From an uncultured bacterium (GTDB taxonomy: Bacteria; Oederibacteriota; PGYV01; CAWJRG01): DNA of 64,000 nt. Position 1 is the stretch's first letter, and each line of letters opens with the position of its first letter. This document shows positions 29,582 to 39,602 of this stretch, piece after piece. The notes under the pieces are model-generated. The model searched no databases. It saw only the letters and a program-made list of their open reading frames with translations, and was not told the origin of the DNA. Location of the stretch: contig CAWJRG010000009.1 of NCBI GenBank assembly GCA_963845185.1, positions 320,001 to 384,000 of the forward strand, written 5' to 3'. Made by a program: the position numbers and the translations under genes.

Positions 29582-29989
29582 ATGAAAAAGTTTTTGGCAA
29601 TAGTAAATATCCTAGTGCTGATGGCGGTTACAGTTTATGCGGATAGAGGTCCTGTTTCCGTTGAAAATGAGTACAAGCAATTTTTAAACAGTCATCATAT
29701 AATTATTTTTACATCAAAGAAACATCACAGAAACTATGTGAAAATTAGAAGTAATTTTTTGAAAACAGAAAAATACCCCGGTGCACCTTGTTATGCCAAA
29801 AGGCAAATGATTGAATTCGTAGATGAGACAGATTCAATTGAAGCTACGGTAGCCAATGAAAACAACAAGCTAGACATAGCCGTAATTCCGGAGATAAGAA
29901 AACTGGAAATCGAAAGAAGTTTAACCGGGGAAAATAAATATATAAGCGAGTCCTTTTTATTCAATAACACCAACCAACAGCGAAAATAA
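29582..29989 (+). CDS. Hypothetical secreted protein
   Basis: RBS gaggt; signal peptide ending VYA. Confidence 0.7.
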   Translation: MKKFLAIVNILVLMAVTVYADRGPVSVENEYKQFLNSHHIIIFTSKKHHRNYVKIRSNFLKTEKYPGAPCYAKRQMIEFVDETDSIEATVANENNKLDIAVIPEIRKLEIERSLTGENKYISESFLFNNTNQQRK

Positions 29990-30102
29990 TACCTCTTATA
30001 CCCTTTTTTGCGCATGGCATGTTTTAACAGTCTTGCGCAATACTATAATAAGTTATAAAAAAACTTATTAATTTATCTCAAGGAAGGAAGGAGGTGAATC
30101 TA

Positions 30103-30342
30103 ATGAAGAAATTAATCGTAGTTTTAATGGCACTTGCGTTTTCAGCAGCAGTGTTAATGGCAGATGAGGCGGCAGCTCCGGCTACGTCAACAACGCCAGT
30201 CGCAGCGGCAGCAGCAGCTCCAGCAGCACCAGCAAAGGTTGTTAAGAAAAAAGTGAAAAAAGCAAAAAAAGCCAAAAAGGCAGCGGCAGCAGCAGCGGCG
30301 GTAACGCCAGCAGCGGCAGCAGAAACACCAGTAGCAAAGTAA
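30103..30342 (+). CDS. Small secreted Ala/Lys/Pro-rich protein
   Basis: Strong RBS aggaggtga; signal peptide MKKLIVVLMALAFSAAVLMA; KKKVKKAKKAKK tract; followed by a terminator. Confidence 0.85.
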   Translation: MKKLIVVLMALAFSAAVLMADEAAAPATSTTPVAAAAAAPAAPAKVVKKKVKKAKKAKKAAAAAAAVTPAAAAETPVAK

Positions 30343-30360
30343 TTAGCTGCAAAATATCGT

Positions 30361-30398
30361 CAAAAAGGGCATGGACGTAACAATCCATGCCTTTTTTG
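30361..30398 (+). terminator. Rho-independent terminator
   Basis: aaaaagggcatgga-loop-tccatgcctttttt. Confidence 0.85.
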
Positions 30399-30481
30399 TT
30401 TTTTATTATTCTACTATACATTTTGAAGAGTAAATATAAGAATTAATTTTTAGCCTAAAAAGTTATAATTTAATTTTTTAT

Positions 30482-30510
30482 TTGACAGGGTAAATGTACT
30501 GTAATATAAT
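30482..30510 (+). promoter_or_regulatory. Consensus sigma70 promoter of the yceD-rpmF-fab operon
   Basis: Perfect TTGACA-17-TATAAT. Confidence 0.85.
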
Positions 30511-30562
30511 ACCAATCGTTTTCTTATCTTGCCCGGATAAAATAATTCCATGAAGAGGTTAT

Positions 30563-31060
30563 TTGAAAATGTTTAAATTTAATCTGGCGTCTTTTGATGT
30601 CAGGGAAGAATATTTCCTGGAAATAAAGCAGGGTGATGTTGTTTTTGACCCTGCACTTATAATTGGAGATGTTTTAAAAATAAAAGTAGTCCTTACAAAA
30701 GATAAAGACAATAGCGTAATCGCGGAAGGAGGAATTAAGGGAGATATTCTTCTTAAGTGCGGCAGGTGCCTTGAAGACTATAAAAAACTTATTGACATTA
30801 ATTTCGCGACGGTTTATAAAGGGAAAAAAGCTTATACAAAAGAAGATGAGGAAAGCGGATATAATATATATAAAAACAATGAAATAGATATGTATGATTA
30901 TATACGAGACACGCTTATTCTTGAAATTCCGATTAAGCTTGTCTGCCGGGAAGATTGTAAAGGACTTTGCCCTGTGTGCGGTAAAAATTTAAATAAACAA
31001 AAATGTGATTGTGCCAGACAAAGCCGTTTTAACATTTTTGAGGACTTAAAATTGGAATAA
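30563..31060 (+). CDS. yceD: DUF177/YceD protein
   Basis: CGRCLE, LEIPIKLVCREDCKGLCPVCGKNLN; position before rpmF. Confidence 0.9.
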   Translation: MKMFKFNLASFDVREEYFLEIKQGDVVFDPALIIGDVLKIKVVLTKDKDNSVIAEGGIKGDILLKCGRCLEDYKKLIDINFATVYKGKKAYTKEDEESGYNIYKNNEIDMYDYIRDTLILEIPIKLVCREDCKGLCPVCGKNLNKQKCDCARQSRFNIFEDLKLE

Positions 31061-31131
31061 TGATTGTAAAACTTCTGTATCATTGATTTTGATAGGAGAC
31101 GTGAGGAAAATATTCTGAAGGAGGTTTTAAA

Positions 31132-31317
31132 TTGGGTAATGTTACATGGCGAATATCAAAAAGAAAAACAAGACAGCGAAGGTCTGCAAACCTGAAATTA
31201 AAACAAAGTTTAAATTTGTCCGAATGCCCAAATTGCCATCATAAAAAAATGCCGCACAGGGTATGCCCGAATTGTGGTTTTTATGACGGCAGAGATGTTT
31301 TGCATTCGGCCGAATAA
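31132..31317 (+). CDS. rpmF: 50S ribosomal protein L32
   Basis: SKRKTRQRRS, CPNC...PHRVCPNCGFY; RBS ggagg, TTG start. Confidence 0.95.
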   Translation: MGNVTWRISKRKTRQRRSANLKLKQSLNLSECPNCHHKKMPHRVCPNCGFYDGRDVLHSAE

Positions 31318-31332
31318 TAAGCGGAAACTGTT

Positions 31333-32355
31333 TTGAATATAGTACTTGATGCAATGGGCGGCGATAACGCACCTGCAATTGAAGTTGAAGGAGCTATCGA
31401 AGCCCTTAGAGAAAATAAGGATATCAACGTTATTCTGGTTGGAATAAAGGATAAACTTGAAAAACTGATACATGAAAAGTTAGGCGAAAAAAATAAAACA
31501 GTGACTTCAAGGCTTTCGATTGTCAATGCAAGTGAAGTAATAAACATGTCTGATTCACCAGCCACTGCGCATAAACAAAAACCCGACGCTTCTTTAGTTG
31601 TTGCTGGCAAACTCTTGAAAGAAGAAAAAGCTGACGCACTGGTATCAGCCGGGAATACAGGCGCTGTAATGGTGACCGCGCTTTTTTCTGTAGGGAGAAT
31701 TAAGGGCATTGTCAGGCCGGCCCTTTTAGCACCTATACCTTCCAAAAAAAATTACACAGCCATGCTTGACGCTGGCGCAAATGTCGATTGTAAACCGATT
31801 CATCTTGTGCAATTTGCCATTATGGGTGAACTTTATGCGAGATATATTTTAAATATTGAAAAGCCGCTTGTCGGACTTTTAAGCGTGGGCGAAGAAGATG
31901 TTAAAGGAAACGAATTGTCGCTGGCGACCTTGGATTTGATAAAAAAAACCAGCTTGAATTTTAAAGGAAATGTTGAAGGCAGGGATATAACAAACGGCTC
32001 GGTTGACGTTGTAGTGTGCGACGGATTTGTAGGCAACGCGATTTTAAAGCTTGCCGAGGGGATAGCGGATTTGATAGTAAATATGTTAAAAAATAGTATT
32101 AAAAATTTAAGCTTACGGGGTATGCTGGGAGCTCTGCTTCTAAAGCCGGTTTTTAGCGAGTTGAAAAAGAAGGTAAGCTATGACGAGTATGGAGGAGCGC
32201 CGCTGCTTGGCGTAAAAAAACCGGTGATAATAACACACGGCAGCGCCACGGCCAAGGCAATAAAAAATTCAATTAAAGTAGCGGCTCAGTTCATCAGGCG
32301 CCATATAAACGAAGAAATAGAACAGAAAATAAAAGAATACGGGGTGATTGAATGA
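31333..32355 (+). CDS. plsX: Phosphate acyltransferase
   Basis: LDAMGGDNAP, SAGNTGA, LDAGANVD, VVCDGFVGN, GGAPLLG. Confidence 0.97.
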   Translation: MNIVLDAMGGDNAPAIEVEGAIEALRENKDINVILVGIKDKLEKLIHEKLGEKNKTVTSRLSIVNASEVINMSDSPATAHKQKPDASLVVAGKLLKEEKADALVSAGNTGAVMVTALFSVGRIKGIVRPALLAPIPSKKNYTAMLDAGANVDCKPIHLVQFAIMGELYARYILNIEKPLVGLLSVGEEDVKGNELSLATLDLIKKTSLNFKGNVEGRDITNGSVDVVVCDGFVGNAILKLAEGIADLIVNMLKNSIKNLSLRGMLGALLLKPVFSELKKKVSYDEYGGAPLLGVKKPVIITHGSATAKAIKNSIKVAAQFIRRHINEEIEQKIKEYGVIE

Positions 32356-33338
32356 TAAAAAAGGCTGCAATACTTGGCATAGGATATTATGTGCCTGAAA
32401 AGATTCTTACCAATTTTGACCTAGAGAAAATCATGGATACAACTGACGAGTGGATATTCCGCCGTACAGGAATAAAAGAGCGGCATATATCGGCAAAAGA
32501 CGAGCCGACTTCGGAACTGGCGGTCAGAGCAGCTGAAAAAGCTTTAAAAAACGCAGGCATCGAAAAGGAAGATATTGATTTAGTAATAATGGGAACATTA
32601 ACTGGCGATTATGTCTGGCCGGCCACAGCCAATATAGTTGTCGATAAGATGGGTATAAACGGCGTGCCTTCCTTTGACATATCAGCCGCATGCTCAGCTT
32701 TTGTTTACGGGTTGTCTATAGCAAAGGCATTTGTAGAGTCCGGTATTTATAAAAATATCCTACTTATTGCGGCTGATGAATTTGCGAAAGTCGCTGACTG
32801 GAACGACAGGTCTACATGCGTACTTTTTGGAGACGGTGCAGGCGCGGCAATAATAGGCGAAAGCAGGAAAGACGGCGGAGAAATAATGTCCACTTACATC
32901 GCTTCCGACGGCACAAAACTTCTATATCTTTTTCAACCTGGTGGCGGGACTGTTCACCAGTTCACGCAGGAGGTTCTTGATAAAAAAATGCAATTTTTGC
33001 AGATGAACGGCAAGGAAGTTTTTAAATCGGCTGTGGTTAAAATGCCGGAGGCCATGGAAAAAGCGATGCAAATAGCCGGAGTGACAGCCGAACAGATAGA
33101 TTATTTTATTTTTCATCAGGCGAATAAAAGGATAGTAGATGCCGTAGTAGAAAGGCTTAAATTAAACGAGAATAAAGTTATAATTAATATCCAGAAGTAC
33201 GCTAATACATCCGCTGCCACCATCCCCATAGCGATTGCCGAGGCAATCGAGCAGGGTAAAATAAAAAAAGGCCATCTTCTTGGTTTTTCAGCTTTAGGAG
33301 CAGGATTTACATGGGGAGCAGCTGTAGTAAGACTATAA
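32352..33338 (+). CDS. fabH: 3-oxoacyl-ACP synthase III
   Basis: RTGIKERH, DISAACSAF, LFGDGAGA, HQAN, ANTSAATIP. Confidence 0.96.
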   Translation: MIKKAAILGIGYYVPEKILTNFDLEKIMDTTDEWIFRRTGIKERHISAKDEPTSELAVRAAEKALKNAGIEKEDIDLVIMGTLTGDYVWPATANIVVDKMGINGVPSFDISAACSAFVYGLSIAKAFVESGIYKNILLIAADEFAKVADWNDRSTCVLFGDGAGAAIIGESRKDGGEIMSTYIASDGTKLLYLFQPGGGTVHQFTQEVLDKKMQFLQMNGKEVFKSAVVKMPEAMEKAMQIAGVTAEQIDYFIFHQANKRIVDAVVERLKLNENKVIINIQKYANTSAATIPIAIAEAIEQGKIKKGHLLGFSALGAGFTWGAAVVRL

Positions 33339-33506
33339 TCTATTTGTTAAACATAATTTGAGGTTTTTCCAGATTGATAAAATAAATAATATCTAATACC
33401 GCTTGTCCTCGGTATAGATACTTCGGACTTGAGCAGGTATAAAATAGCATAATATTTTGTCGTCGACTTTGGCTTGACAAAATAAACGCTATCTAAGGAG
33501 GCAATA

Positions 33507-34442
33507 ATGTCATTAGCGCTGGTATTTCCCGGCCAGGGCGCGCAGTCAGTAGGCATGGGAATTGAATTCTATGAAACAAATGAAAAGGCAAAGGCAATAT
33601 TTGAACAGGCAGATTTAATTCTGCGGGGGTCTCTTTCAATCAGCCTGAAACAAGTAATGTTTAAAGGGCCAGAAGAGGAATTAAAAAAAACAGATTATAC
33701 CCAGCCTGCGATTTTTACAATAAGTTGCGCAATATTTGAATCCTTTAAAGATAAATTTTCAGGCAAAGTATTCTTTACTGCTGGGCATTCGCTGGGTGAA
33801 TACAGCGCATTATACGCTGCAGGAGCCTTTGATTTTGAAACAGGAATCAAGCTCGTTAGCCGAAGAGGTGAATTGATGCAGGAAGCATCGGTCAAAAATA
33901 AGGGATCCATGGCAGCGGTACTCGGACTTGAAAAAGACCAGATATTAGCGTTATGCGAAAAAGTAAAATCTATAGGGTATATGGCGCCGGCAAATTTTAA
34001 CTCTCCGGGACAAATTGTGGTATCTGGCGATACTGCGGCAATAGAAGCCGGAGAAGCAATAGCAAAAGAACTCGGTGCAAAAAGATACATCAAACTTGCA
34101 GTGGCAGGAGCGTTTCATTCAAATCACATGCAAGCAGCAGCGGACGCTTTCGCAATGGAAGTGGACAGATATGATATAAAAGATATCAAAATTCCAGTGA
34201 TATCTAATTTTTACGCAAAAGAAGTCAGCAAAAAGGAAGAAATTAAGGACGCGTTAATAAAACAAATAACAGGATCGGTAAGGTGGATCGAAAGTACGGA
34301 ATACATGAAATCAAAAGGCGTTGATACTTTTATTGAACTTGGTCCTGGCACGGTGCTTTCGGGGCTTATAAAAAAGATTGACAAGAATTTAAAAGTATAT
34401 AACATAGAAAAGCCGACAGATGAGGCAAAGATAGTTTTATAA
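33507..34442 (+). CDS. fabD: Malonyl-CoA:ACP transacylase
   Basis: FPGQGAQ, AGHSLGEYSAL, VAGAFHS, ELGPG. Confidence 0.97.
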   Translation: MSLALVFPGQGAQSVGMGIEFYETNEKAKAIFEQADLILRGSLSISLKQVMFKGPEEELKKTDYTQPAIFTISCAIFESFKDKFSGKVFFTAGHSLGEYSALYAAGAFDFETGIKLVSRRGELMQEASVKNKGSMAAVLGLEKDQILALCEKVKSIGYMAPANFNSPGQIVVSGDTAAIEAGEAIAKELGAKRYIKLAVAGAFHSNHMQAAADAFAMEVDRYDIKDIKIPVISNFYAKEVSKKEEIKDALIKQITGSVRWIESTEYMKSKGVDTFIELGPGTVLSGLIKKIDKNLKVYNIEKPTDEAKIVL

Positions 34443-34471
34443 CAATAAACTAAAAAATAAAGGTGAAAAAA

Positions 34472-35215
34472 ATGGGATTATTGGAAGGTAAAGTAGCACT
34501 TATTACAGGAGGGGCACAGGGAATAGGGGAGGCAATAGCCATGACCCTTGCGAAAGAGGGTGCGGCAATTGCTGTGGTTGACATAAATCCAGAAAAAGCG
34601 GCTGAAACAGCTGTAAAAATAAAAGCCTTAGGCGTTGATTCACAGGAATATAAGGCAGATGTATCAAATACATCAGAAGTCGAAACTGTCGTGGATAAAA
34701 TTATTGACAAATTTAAAAGGATTGATATACTTGTCAACAATGCCGGAATTACCAGGGATAATCTTATAATAAGGATGTCCGAGCAGGAATGGGATATGGT
34801 AATAGGCATAAACCTTAAAGGTGTGTTCAATTTTACTAAAGCTGTTTCAAAGGTAATGATGAAACAAAAATCAGGAAGTATAATCAACATATCCTCTGTT
34901 GTAGGAATTTTCGGCAACGCCGGCCAGATAAATTATTCGGCATCCAAAGCCGGAGTGATAGGCATGACTAAGACAGCGGCGAAAGAACTTGCTTCAAGAA
35001 ACATAAGGGTAAATGCAGTGGCGCCAGGATTTATCAAAACAGCGATGACGGACAAACTTACCGAAGAGCAAAAAGTCAAGCTCGCAGAGTATATACCGGC
35101 AAAAACGCTTGGAGAACCACAGGATGTCGCAAATGCGGTGCTTTTTTTAGCATCTTTAATGTCGTCATACATAACCGGAGAAGTTATAAGGGTTGATGGC
35201 GGAATGGCTATGTAA
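34472..35215 (+). CDS. fabG: 3-oxoacyl-ACP reductase
   Basis: TGGAQGIG, NNAGITRD, NYSASKAG, VAPGFI. Confidence 0.96.
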   Translation: MGLLEGKVALITGGAQGIGEAIAMTLAKEGAAIAVVDINPEKAAETAVKIKALGVDSQEYKADVSNTSEVETVVDKIIDKFKRIDILVNNAGITRDNLIIRMSEQEWDMVIGINLKGVFNFTKAVSKVMMKQKSGSIINISSVVGIFGNAGQINYSASKAGVIGMTKTAAKELASRNIRVNAVAPGFIKTAMTDKLTEEQKVKLAEYIPAKTLGEPQDVANAVLFLASLMSSYITGEVIRVDGGMAM

Positions 35216-35301
35216 ATGCGGATTGAGGTGTTAAAAGCTAAAGTTGTAAAATTCCCAATACTTAAAAAATGAGTTAAACCAATTCAAGGAGGTAATAAGA
35301 A

Positions 35302-35547
35302 ATGGCAGAAGAAAAGACAATTGAAGAAAGAGTAAAGAATGTTATTGTAGCGCAGCTTGGAGTAGACCCATCTGAAGTTAAGCCTGAAGCATCATACATT
35401 GACGATCTTGGCGCAGATTCCCTGGACACGGTCGAGCTTGTTATGGCGCTTGAGGAAGAGTTTGGGCTCGAAATACCTGACGAGGACGCAGAAAAAATCA
35501 GGTCAGTTGGTGAAACTATAGAGTACATTAAAGGAAAGACAGCGTAG
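35302..35547 (+). CDS. acpP: Acyl carrier protein
   Basis: [20 protein letters not shown]. Confidence 0.98.
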   Translation: MAEEKTIEERVKNVIVAQLGVDPSEVKPEASYIDDLGADSLDTVELVMALEEEFGLEIPDEDAEKIRSVGETIEYIKGKTA

Positions 35548-35582
35548 GGCTGTTTCTTAAAAAAAATTCAAACAAAATTTTT

Positions 35583-36821
35583 ATGAAAAAACGCATTGTT
35601 GTTACAGGCATGGGAACAATAACTCCCGTTGGAAACACAGTAAAAGACACATGGGAATCACTTCTTGCCGGAAAATCGGGGATAGGGCAAATAACTATTT
35701 TTGACTCATCCCAGCATGATGTCCATATAGCGGGTGAAATAAAGAATTTCGACCCACTTGAAGTGCTTGAGAAAAAGGAATTAAAAAGGATACCCAGGTT
35801 CATACAGTACGCGCTTAAAGCTTCAAAAGAAGCCATTGAGATGTCAAAACTTGACCTTGCTACCATAAATAAAGACAGAGTTGCAGTGCTTATCGGTTCG
35901 GGCATAGGCGGCTTGAATGTTATAGAAGAGCAACAGACCGTATTTTTACAGAAGGGGCCAGGAAGAGTTTCGCCCTTCCTAATTCCCATGCTTATTCCAA
36001 ACATGGCAGCGGCATTTGTTTCAATAAAATACGGTTTCCGGGGGCCAAATTTTACTATAGTTACGGCATGTGCTACGGGCTCGCATTCAATAGGCGAAGC
36101 CTTTAAGTTGATACAAAGGGGCGATGCGGATATAGCTTTGGCAGGAGGCGTGGAGGGTGCACTGACGCCTCTGGGACTGGCAGGTTTCTGCGCCGCGCGA
36201 AGTTTGTCGACAAGAAACAATGAGCCCGAAAAAGCTTCACGTCCGTTTGATAAAGACAGGGATGGATTTGTTATGTCGGACGGCGGTGGTGTAATTGTAC
36301 TTGAAACCCTGGAGGGAGCGCTTGCGCGAGGCGCCGAAATACTGGGCGAGATTGCCGGTTACGGCGCATCCGACGATGCTTTTCATATGACAGCACCTCC
36401 TGAAAACGGCGAGGGAGGAGCGCTTGCGATGTCAAATGCTATAAACGACGCTGAGATAAAACCGGAAGATATAAATTACATTAATGCACATGGTACATCG
36501 ACTTTGATAGGGGACATAGCGGAAACAAGGGGAATTAAATCAGTTTTCGGCAGCCACGCAAAAAAAGTGGCGATAAATTCTACGAAATCAATGACAGGGC
36601 ATATGCTCGGAGGCACGGGTGCAGTTGAGTTTATTGTTACAATGTTGTCAATAAAAAACAATATTGTTCATCCCACAATAAACCTCGACAATCCGGATCC
36701 TGAATTAGACCTTGATTATGTGCCTAAAGTAAAAAGGGATATGGAAGTAAATTACGGGTTGTCAAATTCATTCGGGTTCGGCGGACACAACGCCACATTA
36801 ATAGCCAAAAAATACAGATGA
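35583..36821 (+). CDS. fabF: 3-oxoacyl-ACP synthase II
   Basis: TACATG, NAHGTST, STKSMTGH, SNSFGFGGHN. Confidence 0.97.
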   Translation: MKKRIVVTGMGTITPVGNTVKDTWESLLAGKSGIGQITIFDSSQHDVHIAGEIKNFDPLEVLEKKELKRIPRFIQYALKASKEAIEMSKLDLATINKDRVAVLIGSGIGGLNVIEEQQTVFLQKGPGRVSPFLIPMLIPNMAAAFVSIKYGFRGPNFTIVTACATGSHSIGEAFKLIQRGDADIALAGGVEGALTPLGLAGFCAARSLSTRNNEPEKASRPFDKDRDGFVMSDGGGVIVLETLEGALARGAEILGEIAGYGASDDAFHMTAPPENGEGGALAMSNAINDAEIKPEDINYINAHGTSTLIGDIAETRGIKSVFGSHAKKVAINSTKSMTGHMLGGTGAVEFIVTMLSIKNNIVHPTINLDNPDPELDLDYVPKVKRDMEVNYGLSNSFGFGGHNATLIAKKYR

Positions 36822-37516
36822 TCTGGAACAAAAACTCAAATTACCTTGAAAATTACCTCAAAAAAAACAAATTATTTAGCACTGATGAAATACGGCATGC
36901 CCTGACGCATAAGTCTATTAACATGGAAAACTACGAAAAACTTGAATTTTTAGGCGATTCAATACTTAACCTTATAATAAGCGAGTTTTTGTATAAAAAT
37001 AGGCCTGAGTTTGACGTGGGCGAGCTGGCAAAAATAAAAAGTTACCTTGTCAGCAAAGAAGTGCTTTTTAAACTGGGACGGAACAACAACGTTATCAATT
37101 ACCTGAAATTCAGCAAGGCATTAAGCAAAAAAGAAGTTGGAAATAATAAAAAGATAATCAGTGACGCGGTTGAGTCGCTGCTGGGTGCTTTATACATGAC
37201 AAAAGGTTTTGATACAACAAGGGAAATAATACTTAATATTTTTGAAAAAGAGCTCAAATTGGTTAAGGAAAAAGGATATTCCGGCGATTACAAGTCCGAG
37301 CTGCAGATGAAGACTCTGGGTGCTTTCAGCCAACTTCCTGAATATTCAGTAGTAAAAACCGAAGGCGAGGAACACAGAAAGATTTTTTACGTGAATGTAT
37401 CGTTAAAAGGCAAGGTTATAGGCCACGGGAAAGGCAAGTCGATAAAGGATGCGGAAAAAATCGCAGCAGGTGAGGCTTTAAATAATTCGATATTTAAAGG
37501 AGGTATTGAAAAGTGA
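36818..37516 (+). CDS. rnc: Ribonuclease III
   Basis: ALTHKS, EKLEFLGDS, DAVESLLGA, dsRBD (DYKSELQ...GKSIKDAE). Confidence 0.95.
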   Translation: MIWNKNSNYLENYLKKNKLFSTDEIRHALTHKSINMENYEKLEFLGDSILNLIISEFLYKNRPEFDVGELAKIKSYLVSKEVLFKLGRNNNVINYLKFSKALSKKEVGNNKKIISDAVESLLGALYMTKGFDTTREIILNIFEKELKLVKEKGYSGDYKSELQMKTLGAFSQLPEYSVVKTEGEEHRKIFYVNVSLKGKVIGHGKGKSIKDAEKIAAGEALNNSIFKGGIEK

Positions 37517-38685
37517 ATTATTTTCTTACAGAAGAACAACAAATGATAATTGATACGGCAAGGGAACTTGCGCAAAAAAAGATAAAACCAGTCAGAGAAA
37601 AATATGATGAGGAAGGAATATTTCCGTGGGACATAGTAAAAGAAATGTCCGACGCCGGATTGATGGGGCTTTACATACCGGAGGAATACGGCGGCATGGC
37701 AAAAACAGGAGAGCACGGGATCATGAATTTATGCCTCGCGGTGGAAGAACTCAGTAAAGTATGCGGCGGAATATCGCTGGCGATGGCAGCCACGGCACTC
37801 GGAACCTTCCCAATTTTACTTTTTGGAAGTGATGAGCAGAAGAAAAAATACCTTCCTGACATAGCTTCCGGTAAAAAGCTCGCGGCTTTTGCGCTCACTG
37901 AAGCTGGAGCAGGCAGCGACGCGGGAAACATGCTTACCACAGCGAAAAAAGACGGGGATAATTATATTTTAAACGGCACGAAACAGTGGATAACAAACGG
38001 CGGTGAAGCAGAAATATATTCCGTAATCGCGATGACAAATAAAGCAAAAGGAACCCGCGGCGCCACGGCCTTTATTATAGAAAAAGGAACGCCGGGTTTT
38101 ACATTCGGGAAAAAGGAAAATAAAATGGGCATAAGGGCTTCGGCAACGAGGGAGCTTGTGTTTCAGGACTGCAAAGTGCCGGCTTCAAGCATACTGGCAA
38201 AAGAAGGCATGGGATTTATTGTTGCTGTGAATACACTGAATAATTCAAGACCTGGAGTTGCGGCACAAGCGCTGGGCATTGCAGCAGGCGCACTTGAAGA
38301 AGCCCTACAGTATTCGCGTCAGAGGATACAATTTGGGCATACGATATCATCAATTCAGGCAGTACAGCATATGCTGGCGAACATGGCGGTAGAAGTTGAA
38401 GCGGCGCGTGCACTTCTTTATTCCACGGCAAAAACAATAGACGCGGGAGCTGAAGGCTTTGCAAAAGAATCGGCAATGTCAAAATATTTCGCCGCGGAAG
38501 TGGCAATGAGGGTTACAACGAACGCGGTGCAGGTAATGGGCGGTTACGGATATATGAAGGAATACCCTGTAGAGAAAATGATGAGGGACGCTAAAATAAC
38601 CCAAATATACGAGGGTACGAGCCAGATACAGTTAAACGAGATAGCATTGCAAATGATAAAGGAAGCGGCGCAGAGGAAAAAATAA
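37513..38685 (+). CDS. Acyl-CoA dehydrogenase (butyryl-CoA dehydrogenase-like)
   Basis: FALTEAGAGSDA, NGTKQWITNG, KMGIRAS, QVMGGYGY, QIYEGT. Confidence 0.95.
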   Translation: MNYFLTEEQQMIIDTARELAQKKIKPVREKYDEEGIFPWDIVKEMSDAGLMGLYIPEEYGGMAKTGEHGIMNLCLAVEELSKVCGGISLAMAATALGTFPILLFGSDEQKKKYLPDIASGKKLAAFALTEAGAGSDAGNMLTTAKKDGDNYILNGTKQWITNGGEAEIYSVIAMTNKAKGTRGATAFIIEKGTPGFTFGKKENKMGIRASATRELVFQDCKVPASSILAKEGMGFIVAVNTLNNSRPGVAAQALGIAAGALEEALQYSRQRIQFGHTISSIQAVQHMLANMAVEVEAARALLYSTAKTIDAGAEGFAKESAMSKYFAAEVAMRVTTNAVQVMGGYGYMKEYPVEKMMRDAKITQIYEGTSQIQLNEIALQMIKEAAQRKK

Positions 38686-38798
38686 TTAGTGTTTGATAGG
38701 CGATAAAGGAAAAGTAAAAGGTGAAAAAAGACAGTTGATAGAGTATAGATTAAGGTTAAAATTATATAAACTTTCAAGTTTAAATAGGAGTTCAAACC

Positions 38799-39587
38799 AT
38801 GGATATAGTAGTTTGCGTAAAGCAGGTTCCTGACACCACGAATATAACAGTTAATCCTGAAACAGGAACTTTAAAAAGAGAAACAGCAGGCACAATATTA
38901 AACCCTTTTGACTTGTACGCCATAGAGGAAGGTTTGAGGATAAAGGAAAAGCTCGGCGGCAAGGTGACTGTAATAACTATGGGCCCTCCCATGTCCAAGG
39001 AAATATTAAAAACAGCTATAGCTATGGGTGTCGATGAGGCTGTTTTAATTTCAGACAGGCGCGTGGCAGGTTCGGATACATGGGCGACGTCTTATGTGCT
39101 TTCAAAAGCAATACAGAAGCTTGGATTTAATCTTGTGCTCTTCGGCAAACAGGCAATAGACGGAGATACTGCGCAGGTAGGTCCGTCAACAGCCGAATTT
39201 TTAAAAATTCCTTGCATAACATGGGTAAAAAAAATAAGGGAAATATCAGACAAGGAAATGGTAGCTGAAATGATGATGGAAGACGGAGTGGACGTTGTTA
39301 AAGTTTCAATTCCTGCCGCAATTACAGTAGTGAAAGACATTAATTCGCCGCGGCTTGAATCTTTAAAAGGTAAAATGAGGGCAAAAAAATACGAGCCTGC
39401 CACATGGACGCTTGATGATATAGGCGGGGAAGAAGCCAAAGCAGGCTTGAAAGGCTCGCCCACGAGGGTCAAGCAGACTTGGTCCCCACAGAGGGATTTT
39501 GGGCATGCGGAAATTTTCCAGGGTGAAACAGAAGAAAAAGTCACGAAGTTGTATGATAAATTAAAATCCATGGGATTTATCAAGTGA
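38799..39587 (+). CDS. etfB: Electron transfer flavoprotein beta subunit
   Basis: CVKQVPD, NPFDLYAIE, AGSDTWAT, GKQAIDGDTAQVGP. Confidence 0.95.
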   Translation: MDIVVCVKQVPDTTNITVNPETGTLKRETAGTILNPFDLYAIEEGLRIKEKLGGKVTVITMGPPMSKEILKTAIAMGVDEAVLISDRRVAGSDTWATSYVLSKAIQKLGFNLVLFGKQAIDGDTAQVGPSTAEFLKIPCITWVKKIREISDKEMVAEMMMEDGVDVVKVSIPAAITVVKDINSPRLESLKGKMRAKKYEPATWTLDDIGGEEAKAGLKGSPTRVKQTWSPQRDFGHAEIFQGETEEKVTKLYDKLKSMGFIK

Positions 39588-39602
39588 TTAAGGAGGCTTT
39601 AC

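Noticed and set aside
33339..33506. Possible regulatory RNA or gene remnant between fabH and fabD
   Set aside because: Only a weak hairpin and a TTGACA; no recognisable riboswitch or supported ORF.
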